This document shows positions 44,943 to 55,150 of a DNA stretch of 64,000 nt, in pieces; position 1 is the stretch's first letter; the number at the start of each line of letters is the position of its first letter. The translations under genes and the position numbers were made by a program. This DNA comes from a virus: positions 1-64,000 of IMG/VR virus record IMGVR_UViG_3300045996_003284; one strand, given 5' to 3'. Below the pieces are notes generated by a model. It was not told where the DNA came from. It saw nothing but the letters and a program-made list of their open reading frames with translations, and ran no database searches.

Positions 44943-47900
44943 TCAGGTCGGGAAGGCGGTGATGCGCTTTCCATACACCCGGACGCGTCGGTAGTGACCG
45001 GAGGCGACGGCACTGTCGGCGGCGGACCGAGCGGCGAGATTGATCCGGTTCAGGCCGGTTGGTACGGTGACGGAGGTGTCTGTGCCGATGATCGCGCCGT
45101 TGACCGACGCCATTGCGTCGTTGACCTTCCAGGCCGCGGTCAGGCGGACGTCGGTATTCTGGGGGATTGAACTGCCGGAGATGGACATTTGGGAAGCGCC
45201 GGCCGTTACGATGCTGGTCTGGAACGCCCCGCTTGCGGTCCGGGAAATCTCGACGCGGTCCGAGGTGGCGGCGCTGGCATCACCGTCATCGATCGATACG
45301 ATGGTCGCGGCGGATGAATCAACTGGCTGGATCAGGGCAATGTCGGCGATGACGGTTCCCTCGGCATCGGCGAAAGCAAGGTCCGGAACCTCGGTGCTGG
45401 TGATGTACAACGTGTCGGCGGCACGGGTGACCGGCTCCGTCGTTGTCAGGACCAGGGATGTCGCATGATCCTTGGCCTCAACCTGGGCGCCGGCCAGCAA
45501 CACCGTCGCTCCAACAGTCCCCCAAAAACCCTGGTCACTGACGTCACCGGCAATTCGCAGATAAGAGTCGGTGATGCCGGTGGTGGCGACGGTGAAGACA
45601 CACTTGTAGATGCCCCCGCCCATGGAGGTCATCGATGTGGCAACCGACACGATGTTGGTGCCGCCCGCAATCATCGTTCCCGTGGTTCCGGTCGCCAAAT
45701 TGAACCAGGCGTAGCGGTCGCCCATATTGAGATAGACCCAATCGTCCAGCGTGCCTTTCTTTAAGTAGACGCTTGCTGTCAGGAAGGAATTCACCGGGAA
45801 GGTTTCCAGTTCCTGGGTAACCGTCCCTTGTTCCGATGTCTTGGTCAGAACCGACAGGGTATTGGCCCCATCCAGACCGATCCCGCCGCCGGACGATGCC
45901 GTGGTGTTGTTCTTGACCCAGGCGGCGCTGGTCAAATCGCTGCTGTTCGCCAGCAGGTTGGTGGTAGCGTCCTCCAGCAGCAGTCCAAGCGGCTCTTGTG
46001 TCGCGGGATTGAAGTTGAACCTTGGCTGATTCCCGTTTGCCTCAACGAGCCGTCCACGGTTGTTGAAGTAGGTGGCACCGGAGGGTCGGCTGAACGTTTC
46101 CACCCCGTACAGGGCGACGTGCGTCTGATAGTTCAGGTCAAGGAACGGCGCGTCGGCCCAAGAGGACCAGAAGCGCGGCAGTGTTTCGGTGGTAGCGGCG
46201 GACTCGGTATACCCATAGGTTCCCATCCGGGACCATTCCAGGTCGACGATGCCCTTGGCAAAGGCCGGGGACGTTCCCTGGAGAACGAAACTATCCGCCC
46301 CGAAGTCCGCAAATAGCGGGTCGGCGATCTGCGAGTCGGCGTCATAGCCGCTGAGCAGAGGAAGATTGAAGTAGATGTTGTTGTTGATGACGTTGTCGGC
46401 GCCAAGCCCGTCCACGTTCCACAGGGTTCCGGTGCGCGCGGTGGTTGAGTAGTAGATGTTCTTCTGGAAGCTGTTGCGTTCCGGGTTGACGTTGCCGGTC
46501 AGGTCCCCGTTGTCGTGCAGGGTCGAAACGTACAGATCCTGCGGCTGAATGATGTGAAAGTTGTTCTCGATCACGTTATCGTCGCCACCGTGGATAAAGA
46601 CCTGTCCCCAGGTGGCGCCGCGCAGGAAATTCTTGGTGACCGTGACATCGGAAGAGAGATCGTCGAGATAGATGCAGGATGCCCGGTACGGGTCCAGCAA
46701 GGTGCCCGAGGCATTGATGCCGAAGCCGCCGGCGTCCGAGATGTAGTTGCCGGAGACGGTGGCGTTCAGGTCAACGTCGTCGGGATTGAGGAATTCAATA
46801 GCACCGGTGTCATAAGCCCGGCGGTTGGTGCGAGTGATAAAGTTGTTGGAACAGGTGAAGGCTGTATGGCCCGTGCCCGCCCCCTTGAAACTGAAGGCGT
46901 ACTGACCGGCGCCATAAACGTCGTTGTAGACCACCTTCGTGTTGCTGGTGTCCTGGCAGTATAGCGCCGAGCCGGAGCCGAATTCACCCACGTCGCGGAA
47001 GGTGTTGGCGTAGATTGTCGTTCCGGACACGTTCGTGCCAATATAGAGCGCGTCTCCCGCCGTGCCTTCGAAAGTATTGCCGGCAATAAGCGTGTTGTTC
47101 CCCGACGAAATGTGGATACCAGTGCCGAGGTTGAGGAAACGACACCCACCAAATCGCACACCCACGGCGCCGGATAGGTAGACAGCCGCGCCATCCCAGC
47201 GCACGTCGGCGAACGTGAGGTTGGAGAAGGTGACGTTGTCGGCTCCGGCGTCCATCTGGAACAGGGACTGGACGCGCGGCACCATGACTCCAAGGGACTG
47301 GAAGTTGTAGGATTCCGGCTTAACAACCAGTTTGCCATCGGACGCCCGCCAACCGAATTCGCGGGTGTTCCGGATCAGGCTCGCGTGGTTGAGCAACCGG
47401 TAGACCGATCCGGTCTTGACCGTTTCGGCTCCGGTGTCGGCCGCTGTTAGGGTGATGGTCTTGCTGGTATAGTCGATCGCCGAAACCGGCTTGAGGGTGG
47501 TTACATTGATGACGTTGGTGTCGATCGGGGACATGCCGGGGAGTTGCGCCATCAGACCCGCCTGGACCAGTCCGGCGGGAACGTCGGTGTCGCGGAAGCG
47601 GAACTGGGTCGTGCTGGGCGTAGCCACCGCGTCCGCCAGCAGAAATCCGGTGTGGTAGGGATCGGCCGGATCGAGAACGCCGGTCTGAGCCACCCGCTGG
47701 CGCTTGTTGCCGATGGCGAGATCGAGTGAGGTTATGGTCGTGCTGACCGAGTAGAGACCGCTGCCTTCCGAAGCGAATCCAGTCAGCCGCTCACCGCCGC
47801 TGATGACAGCCGTCTCACCGGGATAACCGGCGATGGTGAGATCGGCGGATGATGCGGCCATGTCGATGTGCGTGGTGAAGCGGTGGGTACCACCGCGCAC

Positions 47901-48110
47901 GTAGATCGTCTTGCGGCTGGGGTCAGCCGAAGCCATCTCAACGGCTTTGGATACCGTCAGGAAGGGTGCCCCCTGGGTGCCTGCGGCGCCGTCGCTGCCG
48001 TTGGTCGCAACGTACCAAGCGGTGACGTCGAGTGGGGTTTCCGGCTCAACCGGTGGCTCCACGGAGGTCCGACGGCGCGACCCCGTCGCGGTATGCATCA
48101 TCATGCTCAT
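44943..48110 (-). CDS. Right-handed beta-helix glycan-active protein fused to head-spike-fibre/LamG-like domain
   Basis: YVATNGSD...GT..APFLT, TIYVRGG, YPGETAVISGG, DTGAI, IYLDD.SS; C-terminal FSRPSGATYF..PRF..GLLLE..TNLL..TRAAD. Confidence 0.8.
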   Translation of the reverse strand: MSMMMHTATGSRRRTSVEPPVEPETPLDVTAWYVATNGSDGAAGTQGAPFLTVSKAVEMASADPSRKTIYVRGGTHRFTTHIDMAASSADLTIAGYPGETAVISGGERLTGFASEGSGLYSVSTTITSLDLAIGNKRQRVAQTGVLDPADPYHTGFLLADAVATPSTTQFRFRDTDVPAGLVQAGLMAQLPGMSPIDTNVINVTTLKPVSAIDYTSKTITLTAADTGAETVKTGSVYRLLNHASLIRNTREFGWRASDGKLVVKPESYNFQSLGVMVPRVQSLFQMDAGADNVTFSNLTFADVRWDGAAVYLSGAVGVRFGGCRFLNLGTGIHISSGNNTLIAGNTFEGTAGDALYIGTNVSGTTIYANTFRDVGEFGSGSALYCQDTSNTKVVYNDVYGAGQYAFSFKGAGTGHTAFTCSNNFITRTNRRAYDTGAIEFLNPDDVDLNATVSGNYISDAGGFGINASGTLLDPYRASCIYLDDLSSDVTVTKNFLRGATWGQVFIHGGDDNVIENNFHIIQPQDLYVSTLHDNGDLTGNVNPERNSFQKNIYYSTTARTGTLWNVDGLGADNVINNNIYFNLPLLSGYDADSQIADPLFADFGADSFVLQGTSPAFAKGIVDLEWSRMGTYGYTESAATTETLPRFWSSWADAPFLDLNYQTHVALYGVETFSRPSGATYFNNRGRLVEANGNQPRFNFNPATQEPLGLLLEDATTNLLANSSDLTSAAWVKNNTTASSGGGIGLDGANTLSVLTKTSEQGTVTQELETFPVNSFLTASVYLKKGTLDDWVYLNMGDRYAWFNLATGTTGTMIAGGTNIVSVATSMTSMGGGIYKCVFTVATTGITDSYLRIAGDVSDQGFWGTVGATVLLAGAQVEAKDHATSLVLTTTEPVTRAADTLYITSTEVPDLAFADAEGTVIADIALIQPVDSSAATIVSIDDGDASAATSDRVEISRTASGAFQTSIVTAGASQMSISGSSIPQNTDVRLTAAWKVNDAMASVNGAIIGTDTSVTVPTGLNRINLAARSAADSAVASGHYRRVRVYGKRITAFPT

Positions 48111-48529
48111 GCTGCGGTGTCACCGCCGAGCACGACCTGAGCGGCGGTGCCGCTGGCATTGGAAGCGACGAAAACATAAGCCTGGGCATATTGTCCGGCC
48201 GTCTTGCTGTGCCCACCGCGCGACAGCAGGGCACCGCTGGCGGCGACCGCGACCGTAACCTGTCCAGCCCCCATCTGGACGATTCCGCATTCCCATCCGT
48301 CCGGGAGGGAATTGGGAAGTGTCAGGGTGACGGCACCGGACGAGTTAAAGACGATCCGGCGCCGGTTGTCAGCGGCGGTGGCGGTGTAACTGGCGGTCTT
48401 GGTCAGGTTGGCCTGGATGGTCCGGTCTTCCAGGGTGTCGATCAGGTCGTGCAGGTCCTGCGCCGTGATCGCTCCGGACACGCCAATCGGCATGTTGGTC
48501 TTGAGGGTGGCGATCGTCTGGATGGTCAT
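48107..48529 (-). CDS. Fibre-associated structural protein
   Basis: GGAG RBS; LKTNMP..GAITAQDL.DLIDT N-domain; TASYT...D......FNS..AVTLTLP...G....IVQMGAGQVT...QYA...LGGD. Confidence 0.7.
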   Translation of the reverse strand: MTIQTIATLKTNMPIGVSGAITAQDLHDLIDTLEDRTIQANLTKTASYTATAADNRRRIVFNSSGAVTLTLPNSLPDGWECGIVQMGAGQVTVAVAASGALLSRGGHSKTAGQYAQAYVFVASNASGTAAQVVLGGDTAA

Positions 48530-48546
48530 GCGAAAGCTCCAGGCAT

Positions 48547-48570
48547 AAAAAACCTCCCAAAAGGCGGTCT
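48547..48570 (-). terminator. Probable intrinsic terminator
   Basis: ACCGCC-loop-GGAGGTTTTTTATG. Confidence 0.55.
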
Positions 48571-48609
48571 CAGGTGGCGAGAACCGAACAAGCGGAAGGA
48601 TGGACGCTC

Positions 48610-48798
48610 TTAGTCGACTCGGATATTGCCGAGATGCGTGATGCCCAAGACGCTGAACAGGAGCCACAGGACGACAAGAACGACCACGGCGATGTTCAGA
48701 ATTCGTTTGATCTTGGCGTCCATCGGCACGTAGGCATTGATGAGCCAGAGGACGACCCCCACCACGACAAGCGTGACAATGAGGCTGATAAGGTCCAT
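48610..48798 (-). CDS. Thivi_2564-like small two-TM membrane protein
   Basis: LISLIVTLVVVGVVLWLINAYVPMDAKIKRILNIAVVVLVVLWLL. Confidence 0.75.
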   Translation of the reverse strand: MDLISLIVTLVVVGVVLWLINAYVPMDAKIKRILNIAVVVLVVLWLLFSVLGITHLGNIRVD

Positions 48799-48844
48799 CG
48801 GGTTTCTCCATCACATAGGGGGCAGAAGGGGAAAGCACGTATTC

Positions 48845-49198
48845 TCAGGCCGGCGGGCGAATCAAGGCTTTCTTGACTGTGAAGGTGCCGGTATAGGCGG
48901 TTGCGACATCACCGGTCGCGTCGGTGATTTCAAGTTCATGATAGAAATTGCCCGACAGGTTGAGAGTATCCTCGGGGTCTAGCACGACCGTGACCGCGCC
49001 CCCGATCGCATCCGTGATTTCAAGACCCGCCTCTTCCGTCTTGGTCAAGAGCGGGGTACTCGAAAAACCAACAGTCTTGGCACGAGAGGCTTGCCACCGC
49101 GCTGTCGCGCCGGTGATATCAAAAACATCCCCGGTTGTTGCGTCGGTGATCGTGAAATTCAGCCTTTTCGTATCGCCCTGGTACATCTCGAAACTCAT
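48845..49198 (-). CDS. BppU-like adaptor/fibre attachment protein
   Basis: YQGDT..LNFTITD...FDITGAT, ITDA.GG.VTV.L.PEDT..L.G.FYHELEITD. Confidence 0.7.
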   Translation of the reverse strand: MSFEMYQGDTKRLNFTITDATTGDVFDITGATARWQASRAKTVGFSSTPLLTKTEEAGLEITDAIGGAVTVVLDPEDTLNLSGNFYHELEITDATGDVATAYTGTFTVKKALIRPPA

Positions 49199-51615
49199 GC
49201 AACCTCCACGCGAGCCGTCAGGCTGGTTGTTGGGGTGACCTCGCCTGTTAGGTCGACCTGGTATCGGACTGATCCAATCAGCGAGACCTGCTGCACAATG
49301 TCGGTCGCGCCATACACGATGTAGTTGCCCACGGCTGCCGTTGTGAGCATCGGCAGCATGATGACAACCGTAGCCTCACCGTCCGGAATCGTCCGGACCC
49401 CGGAGGCATCATGGTCGACAAGCCTGAGATGCGCAGCCGAAACCCCGGAGCGGATAGGGAGACTGCGGGATCCTTCTGCGTTGTGATTGGCCGCGCGCAA
49501 AAGGATTGCACTGGTGCCAAACAAATTAGGGGGGAGAGAAAGACCTGTCCCCATCCCAATAAGAGGCGCCATCGTAACGGCGACGGTCGCATCGATCGGC
49601 GGAACGCTCCGCGTGGCGGTGGCCACCGACTGGGCTTTCGGGAGTGCTGCGGCCGATTGCCCAAGCCGATCCGGGACCGTCCGTGATCCCGACGCCGCGG
49701 TTTGGCAAAGCGGGAGACGGGCCGACGCAGTACCGTTGATTCCGGGCGCGAAAACCTGCCCAGCGGAAGCGGTCGTCAGATGCGGGATTGCCGCAGCGCC
49801 GCTTCCTGTCCGTTGAGGAATCGTTCGGTCACCGGTCGCCGTTTCGACCATCTTTGGCAAGACACCGGCGACGACGCCCAACCGGTCGGGAATTTCCCGA
49901 ACACCCGTGGCTGACGCTTGTAGGGCGGCCAAACGCCCCTCAACGAGTCCATCCAGCCCGCCGATTCCACGCGCGCCGGTGGCGCTGTGACTGAGCGTGG
50001 GGGTCTGGGATTGGATCGTGCCGACAATATCCGGAAGCGTACGCGACCCGGCTGCAACGGTGCCAAGAGCTGACAGCCGCGCAGTCGACAAACCGCTGAT
50101 GCTGGGCAGAAATACCTGTCCCGCAGCAAGACTTGCCGGGAGCGAAAGCTCGGCTGCACCGGTTCCCATCCGATCCGGGATGGTCCGAGTGCCAGTTGCC
50201 GTCGTTGTCCCGATTTTTAGAGTGCTTGCAGCGGTACCCAGACGGTCTGGGATTGTCCGGCTGGCGGTTGCAACGGTTGTTAAATTGGAAAGACTCGCTG
50301 CTGACAGACCTGTCCGGTCCGGAATTGTGCGCGCGCCCGCAGCAACACTTGCCAAAAATGAAAGCTCGGCCGAACCGGTTCCCGTCCGTTCCGGAATCGT
50401 CCGGGCACCGGTTGCCACCGTCGTCCCAATTTGCAGAATGCTTGCGGCAGTCCCAAGGCGATCTGGGATTGTCCGGCTGGCGGCTGCTGCGGTGGCAAGC
50501 TTCGCAAGACTCGCCGCTGACAGACCTGTCCGGTCCGGAATCGTACGCGTGCCCTCAGCAACCGACGTTGTTTGGGCAAGGGACGCTGCCGACGAACCCG
50601 TTCGCTCGGGGAGGGTTCGAGTTCCGGCCGCAACCGACGTTGTTTGAGAGAGGGCTGTCGCCGATGAACCCGTTCGCTCTGGAAGGATCCGGGTGCCAGC
50701 CGCCGTCGACCGGATCGTCCCAAGAGTAGCACTGGAACTTCCGGTATAGCTTGGCGCTTCATATGCCCCAACAGCGGCGGTCGTGGCTTTGGGTAGGGTT
50801 CCGGCCGATGTGCCGGTAATCTCTGTGGTGGACGTATGAAGAGAATAAAGTTTGCGTTGCAGCGGTCTCAGAAATTGATACGGGGCTTTGTTGAGAGAGA
50901 TCTGCTCTTCGGCTGTAAGCGCACGGTTCCAGATCGCTGCGTAGTAACACGTTCCGTTTGTCCCATCCCCGTAAGCCACCACATTGCGATTCATCAAGAT
51001 GACGGTTTTGTCCGCACCAAAGAGAATCGGAGCGCTGTCAAACGTGTTCGATGTCGTTGATTTTGAGACACCGTTCAGACGGAGAGTCGCCGACGTATCC
51101 GACCGGGTTGCGATAAGATGCTGGGAACTCGCCGTGGGAAATGAGCCATTTTCAAAAATCGCGGCTCTCGGATTGTTCGCCACGCCATAAGCATATTGCA
51201 GAGAAATTCGGGTGGTCGAACTATCCCGAGTCAGTGAGATAGGCTGATAGGGGATCGCATGTTCGGTACTGTAATAGGGAAGATGAACAAGACGGCCGTT
51301 GCTCGCTGACGACCGGATATCGACGAGGGTAGAAACCGTAAACGCGGTCGTAATGGTACCAACGGTTTGAGCGCTGTAACCATAAGCGACGCCGACCGAA
51401 ATCGTGGAAATGGAGTTGAATCCAACTCCACTGGGGCCGGCGGCTATCTGAGCGGCGTTGATATAAGTTGGCAGGGAACGATTGACGAGTTCTGGGGCTC
51501 CTCTCTGTCCGGGGAGGGCATAGAACACCAACCCGCGCGTCAGCGGATGAGACCAGTCGATCTCGACCGGGCCGGTTGGCTGCTGAAGCCAGCGGGTTGG
51601 AAAGATCAGGGCCAT
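49195..51615 (-). CDS. LamG-like head domain plus long Ala/Thr/Gly repeat fibre
   Basis: P.RW.QQPTGPVEIDWSHPL.RGL, IWNRALTAEEQ..L...PYQ; many ~24-aa RT(I/L)P(D/E)R.G repeats. Confidence 0.75.
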   Translation of the reverse strand: MALIFPTRWLQQPTGPVEIDWSHPLTRGLVFYALPGQRGAPELVNRSLPTYINAAQIAAGPSGVGFNSISTISVGVAYGYSAQTVGTITTAFTVSTLVDIRSSASNGRLVHLPYYSTEHAIPYQPISLTRDSSTTRISLQYAYGVANNPRAAIFENGSFPTASSQHLIATRSDTSATLRLNGVSKSTTSNTFDSAPILFGADKTVILMNRNVVAYGDGTNGTCYYAAIWNRALTAEEQISLNKAPYQFLRPLQRKLYSLHTSTTEITGTSAGTLPKATTAAVGAYEAPSYTGSSSATLGTIRSTAAGTRILPERTGSSATALSQTTSVAAGTRTLPERTGSSAASLAQTTSVAEGTRTIPDRTGLSAASLAKLATAAAASRTIPDRLGTAASILQIGTTVATGARTIPERTGTGSAELSFLASVAAGARTIPDRTGLSAASLSNLTTVATASRTIPDRLGTAASTLKIGTTTATGTRTIPDRMGTGAAELSLPASLAAGQVFLPSISGLSTARLSALGTVAAGSRTLPDIVGTIQSQTPTLSHSATGARGIGGLDGLVEGRLAALQASATGVREIPDRLGVVAGVLPKMVETATGDRTIPQRTGSGAAAIPHLTTASAGQVFAPGINGTASARLPLCQTAASGSRTVPDRLGQSAAALPKAQSVATATRSVPPIDATVAVTMAPLIGMGTGLSLPPNLFGTSAILLRAANHNAEGSRSLPIRSGVSAAHLRLVDHDASGVRTIPDGEATVVIMLPMLTTAAVGNYIVYGATDIVQQVSLIGSVRYQVDLTGEVTPTTSLTARVEVA
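49330..50720 (-). repeat. ~72-nt (24-aa) tandem repeat with a 3-unit higher-order duplication
   Basis: RTIPDRTGLSAASL / RTIPDRLGTAAS / RTIP(E/D)R.GTG.AELS block occurs twice. Confidence 0.8.
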
Positions 51616-51622
51616 CGGTGTG

Positions 51623-52057
51623 TCAGACCGTCTGGGCGGTCAAGCCCTGCCATCCAACCGTCGTCGCGGTTGCTGCGTCGAGCGCTGCTCCCGTCATATT
51701 GCGGATTCGCAGTTGCCAGTAGTTCGGCATGGAGCCGTTAAACCCCGCGGCCAGACTGACAACGCGTTTGCGCGTTTGCACGCCCGCCGCCGCGAGAGAA
51801 ATCGTGCCCACCCATTTATCGTTGACATCATCATCAAAATCGGTGTTATCGACACTGCCCTTCAGCCAGATCTCGACATAGCCCGTCGCCGTCGCGCCAG
51901 ACAGCGTCGTCACCTGGATTTCCGCCAGAACATCAAGGTAGTTGGTTGTCGCGTTGCTCACGGTCGGCGATGTTGCGGAGGAGGAATTGGCCAGCGACGT
52001 CAGGCCCGTAATTGTCAGGGTTTGGACCGAGCCATACAGGGTTTTGATTTCAGCCAT
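51623..52057 (-). CDS. Structural protein (paralog of 55151-55579)
   Basis: TLTITGLTSLANSSSATS..V.N...YLDVL...KWVGTI...AQTV. Confidence 0.7.
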   Translation of the reverse strand: MAEIKTLYGSVQTLTITGLTSLANSSSATSPTVSNATTNYLDVLAEIQVTTLSGATATGYVEIWLKGSVDNTDFDDDVNDKWVGTISLAAAGVQTRKRVVSLAAGFNGSMPNYWQLRIRNMTGAALDAATATTVGWQGLTAQTV

Positions 52058-52144
52058 TGCTTACGTTCCAGCCTCTTCGCGCGCAGGACAGCGGACCTGA
52101 CGTCACCCTGACATCAGGGTCGTCGATGGACAGATCAGAACCGA

Positions 52145-52558
52145 CTAGGCCGTCGGCATGGTAATGGTGACCGAGGAGATCGAGACGACACCGCCGGTGA
52201 CAATGTTGGTTGCGGACAGGTTGAGCTGTTGGCCACTGGTTCCGACCGTTCCTTGATAAACAACAGTGGTCCCGTCCGACTGCAGTGCCCGAAAGAACGT
52301 TGCCGTTCCATCCGCGTCGGCACCACTGTCCTGGGTGATGGCGTTGGCTGTGATGATCCGGTCGGCACCACTGGCCGATGCCGACCCAAACGCCGTCGCA
52401 CCGAAGCGCAGTTCGGCCAGCAGGGTGTTGCCGCTCAGGGCAGCGTTGGCCGTCGCGGGCTCGGTTCCCGAATAGATTCGGATGTAGCCGGTGTTGAGGG
52501 ACGTGGCGATGGTGCTGAGCATCGCATCAGCGGTGGCGTTCGTGATCTTCATGGCCAT
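52145..52558 (-). CDS. Structural protein (paralog of 52639-53061)
   Basis: GYIRIYSGTEPATANAALSGNTLLAEL, D..ADA.GTATFFR. Confidence 0.75.
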   Translation of the reverse strand: MAMKITNATADAMLSTIATSLNTGYIRIYSGTEPATANAALSGNTLLAELRFGATAFGSASASGADRIITANAITQDSGADADGTATFFRALQSDGTTVVYQGTVGTSGQQLNLSATNIVTGGVVSISSVTITMPTA

Positions 52559-52575
52559 GGCGGATCTCCAGACAT

Positions 52576-52600
52576 AAAAAAAGCCACCGGAAAGGGCGGC
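52576..52600 (-). terminator. Intrinsic terminator
   Basis: GCCGCC-loop-GGTGGCTTTTTTTATG. Confidence 0.7.
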
Positions 52601-52638
52601 TGACGGAAGAGAGCGGAGCAGGGAAGGCAGTCGACCGC

Positions 52639-53061
52639 TTAGACCGGCATCGCGACGGTCAAAGACTGGATGTCGACCGGACCGCCGAGATAGACTTGAT
52701 AGGGGTTAACGCCCGGTCCGGTCATGACCAGTTCGGCGCTGTCACCGGCCGCGCCCTGCAGGATGATGGTGGTCCCGTCTGACTTCAGCGCCCGGAAGAA
52801 GGTGGCGATACCCTCAGCATTGGCGCTGGTGTCGGAGGCAATCAGGTTGGCGGTGATCACCCGGTTGGAACCGCTCGTCGAAGGTGTGCCGAAGGCGGTG
52901 GCGCTGAAGGTCAATTCCGCCAACAGGGTATTGCCCGATAGGGCGGTCGTGGCGGTTTCCGGCTCGCTCCCGGAGTAGATCCGCAGGATGCCGCTGTTCA
53001 GCGCAGTGCTCAGTCCGGACAGCAGGGTATCAGCCCCGGACGGGGACAGTTTGGTGGCCAT
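52639..53061 (-). CDS. Structural protein
   Basis: GILRIYSGSEPETATTALSGNTLLAEL, DTSANAEGIATFFR. Confidence 0.75.
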   Translation of the reverse strand: MATKLSPSGADTLLSGLSTALNSGILRIYSGSEPETATTALSGNTLLAELTFSATAFGTPSTSGSNRVITANLIASDTSANAEGIATFFRALKSDGTTIILQGAAGDSAELVMTGPGVNPYQVYLGGPVDIQSLTVAMPV

Positions 53062-53074
53062 TGTGACTCCAATG

Positions 53075-53096
53075 AAAAAGCCGCCCGAAAGGCGGC
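53075..53096 (-). terminator. Intrinsic terminator
   Basis: GCCGCC-TTTCG-GGCGGCTTTTT. Confidence 0.75.
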
Positions 53097-53137
53097 CTGG
53101 CGAATCGGATAGTGCAGGCCGGAAGGCCCAATACGGG

Positions 53138-53431
53138 TTAAACGGCGGCGCAGATCAGACGACGGTAGCGCCCCTTCATGTCGGGATTGCCGGCCTTCGG
53201 GTCGGTCACAGCGATGACCCGGTAGGTCGCGCCGTCGAAGTCGATCCGCGTGCCGGCTTTGACCGTGACGTCGCCCCGGACATAGATTTCATGGGTTGCC
53301 CGGTAGCGGGCGGCATCGTCGGCGCTGAGCGGGCCTAGGGCGGCGCTCACCGCCCGATCGCCGATCATGATGGTTCGGCGTCCGCTGTCTGCGGTGCCGG
53401 CGCGGTCCAGCCGGGGCACATGAAAAACCAT
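53138..53431 (-). CDS. Second head-closure-like protein (SPP1 gp16-like)
   Basis: THEIYVR....VKAGTRI.FDGATYRVIAV.DP...RYRRLIC; AAGGAG RBS. Confidence 0.6.
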   Translation of the reverse strand: MVFHVPRLDRAGTADSGRRTIMIGDRAVSAALGPLSADDAARYRATHEIYVRGDVTVKAGTRIDFDGATYRVIAVTDPKAGNPDMKGRYRRLICAAV

Positions 53432-53443
53432 CCGCGCTCTCCT

Positions 53444-55144
53444 TTAGCTTGTTGGGTAGCCGAGTTTCCTGACCGTCACGCCGATCTCGCGCTCGAAGAC
53501 CTGTCCGCGGTTGGTCGTGATGGTGCAGATCACGGTGTGCAGTTCGCCCGGTGGGTTCCAGTTGCTCTTGTCTTGGTCATCAGGATCGATGTAGAGCCAG
53601 ACCGTGACATTGCGGTCATCGTTGGTGCGGGCATAGAAGCGCAGACCGACCAGGGTTGCCAGGGCAGACGGCAGCAGTTTGATCGAACTGATGCTGGCGC
53701 CGACACCCGTCAGTTCCATGTCGCAGTTGATGGTGTAGGCTTTCAGTTCGCGCGGCCCCAGCGGCGCGGCCCAGTTGACGGTCTGTGCACCAGTACCGAA
53801 ATCGACCGTTCGCCAACTTGGCGCCAGGATGTGGGGCAGGCTGGGAATGTTCAGCGGATCGGCTGGAACGCCGATGGCACGCACCGTCAGGTCGGGCAAC
53901 CGGATGGCTGCGGCCCCCGGCATCAACTGTGGTTTTGGCGTGGAGACGACGGCGACAGTTGCCGAGGGAAGAGCGATCTGCACGTCGCTGCTGCGAAGGG
54001 GCGGGAACGGTTGGGCTTCGGTCGCAAAAATTGGGGACGGCAGAAGAATCGAAACCGCAAGGTTCTGTAGGGGGAGACCGGTATCCGCGGTTACGCTGAT
54101 GGTGGGGCTTCCCAGCGTAGCCTGGATGTCCCCGTTGTTGCCAATGGGGCGGGCAATTGCTTGAACGGCAACGCGGGGTTGGACGACAAGACTGACGTCT
54201 GCCGTAACCGTCGGCGCGATGTCAAATTCTGTACTAAACTCGTAGCTGAATTCCATGCCGAATTCAGACTCATCCGGTTGGGCCGAATTTGCCTGAACGG
54301 TTGGAACGGGAAGAGCAAGGCCGATGGTGCCTATAGGGTGGGGGGGAACACTCAGAAGCGGCAGATAGTAGGTTGACGGGGGGAGCGGCGTTTCGAGAAA
54401 ATCATAGGGAGCGTCAGTGATCAGGCGTTGTTCTGCGTCCGATAACGCCCGATTCCAGATGTAGCAGTACAGGATGCCGCCGCCGGTGCCGCTGCCGGTG
54501 ATGGTGTCCGACCGGTTCATATAGACGACCGACGTCGCGGTACCGTATCCGACCACACTCGACGCGGTGAAGTAGTTGGTTCCGATGATGTCGAGCTGGA
54601 CGTTGTTGCGGCGCAGGGTGGCGGTGGCTCCCTTGCGGGTGGCGACGTAGGACGAGGTGGTGCCAGAGAACACCGCCGACTCAAACGAGCAGTTTTCCGG
54701 GCTCCCCGTGGCTGTGCCGATCTCCAGCATGGCGAGGGTCTGGTTCGTGACCCGCCGCAAGGCCATGACAACCGCCGGCGCGGTGAAAGATGAGTTGTTC
54801 TTCGGCACCGAGATGATGCGGGACGAATCGCCGAGCGTTTCCGCGACGAATTCGCAGGCGATTGTAAACTCGTTGCCGATGGTCCGGAAGGTGTCTGTGT
54901 TATAGGGCGTCCACCAACCGTTTCCAGTCGTTGACGGTGACCAGAATCCGACGCCGTTGGTAAAGGTCTTCATCTCGGACGTGCCGAGCGGATGCGAGCG
55001 CAGTCCGCCGATCAGGTCCGGATTGCCGTGCGCACCGCCCACCGTGCCGAACACCAGACCGCGCGCCAGCGGGTGGTTCTGATTCAGGATGGTCGGACCG
55101 GACGGCTGACGGCGCCAGCGTCCAGGAATGAGCAGGAACGCCAT
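53444..55144 (-). CDS. LamG-like domain protein with C-terminal adaptor domain
   Basis: PGRWRRQPSGP....HPLARGL, IWNRALSDAEQ..PY; C-domain homologous to 56083-56556. Confidence 0.75.
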   Translation of the reverse strand: MAFLLIPGRWRRQPSGPTILNQNHPLARGLVFGTVGGAHGNPDLIGGLRSHPLGTSEMKTFTNGVGFWSPSTTGNGWWTPYNTDTFRTIGNEFTIACEFVAETLGDSSRIISVPKNNSSFTAPAVVMALRRVTNQTLAMLEIGTATGSPENCSFESAVFSGTTSSYVATRKGATATLRRNNVQLDIIGTNYFTASSVVGYGTATSVVYMNRSDTITGSGTGGGILYCYIWNRALSDAEQRLITDAPYDFLETPLPPSTYYLPLLSVPPHPIGTIGLALPVPTVQANSAQPDESEFGMEFSYEFSTEFDIAPTVTADVSLVVQPRVAVQAIARPIGNNGDIQATLGSPTISVTADTGLPLQNLAVSILLPSPIFATEAQPFPPLRSSDVQIALPSATVAVVSTPKPQLMPGAAAIRLPDLTVRAIGVPADPLNIPSLPHILAPSWRTVDFGTGAQTVNWAAPLGPRELKAYTINCDMELTGVGASISSIKLLPSALATLVGLRFYARTNDDRNVTVWLYIDPDDQDKSNWNPPGELHTVICTITTNRGQVFEREIGVTVRKLGYPTS

Positions 55145-55150
55145 TGCCGC

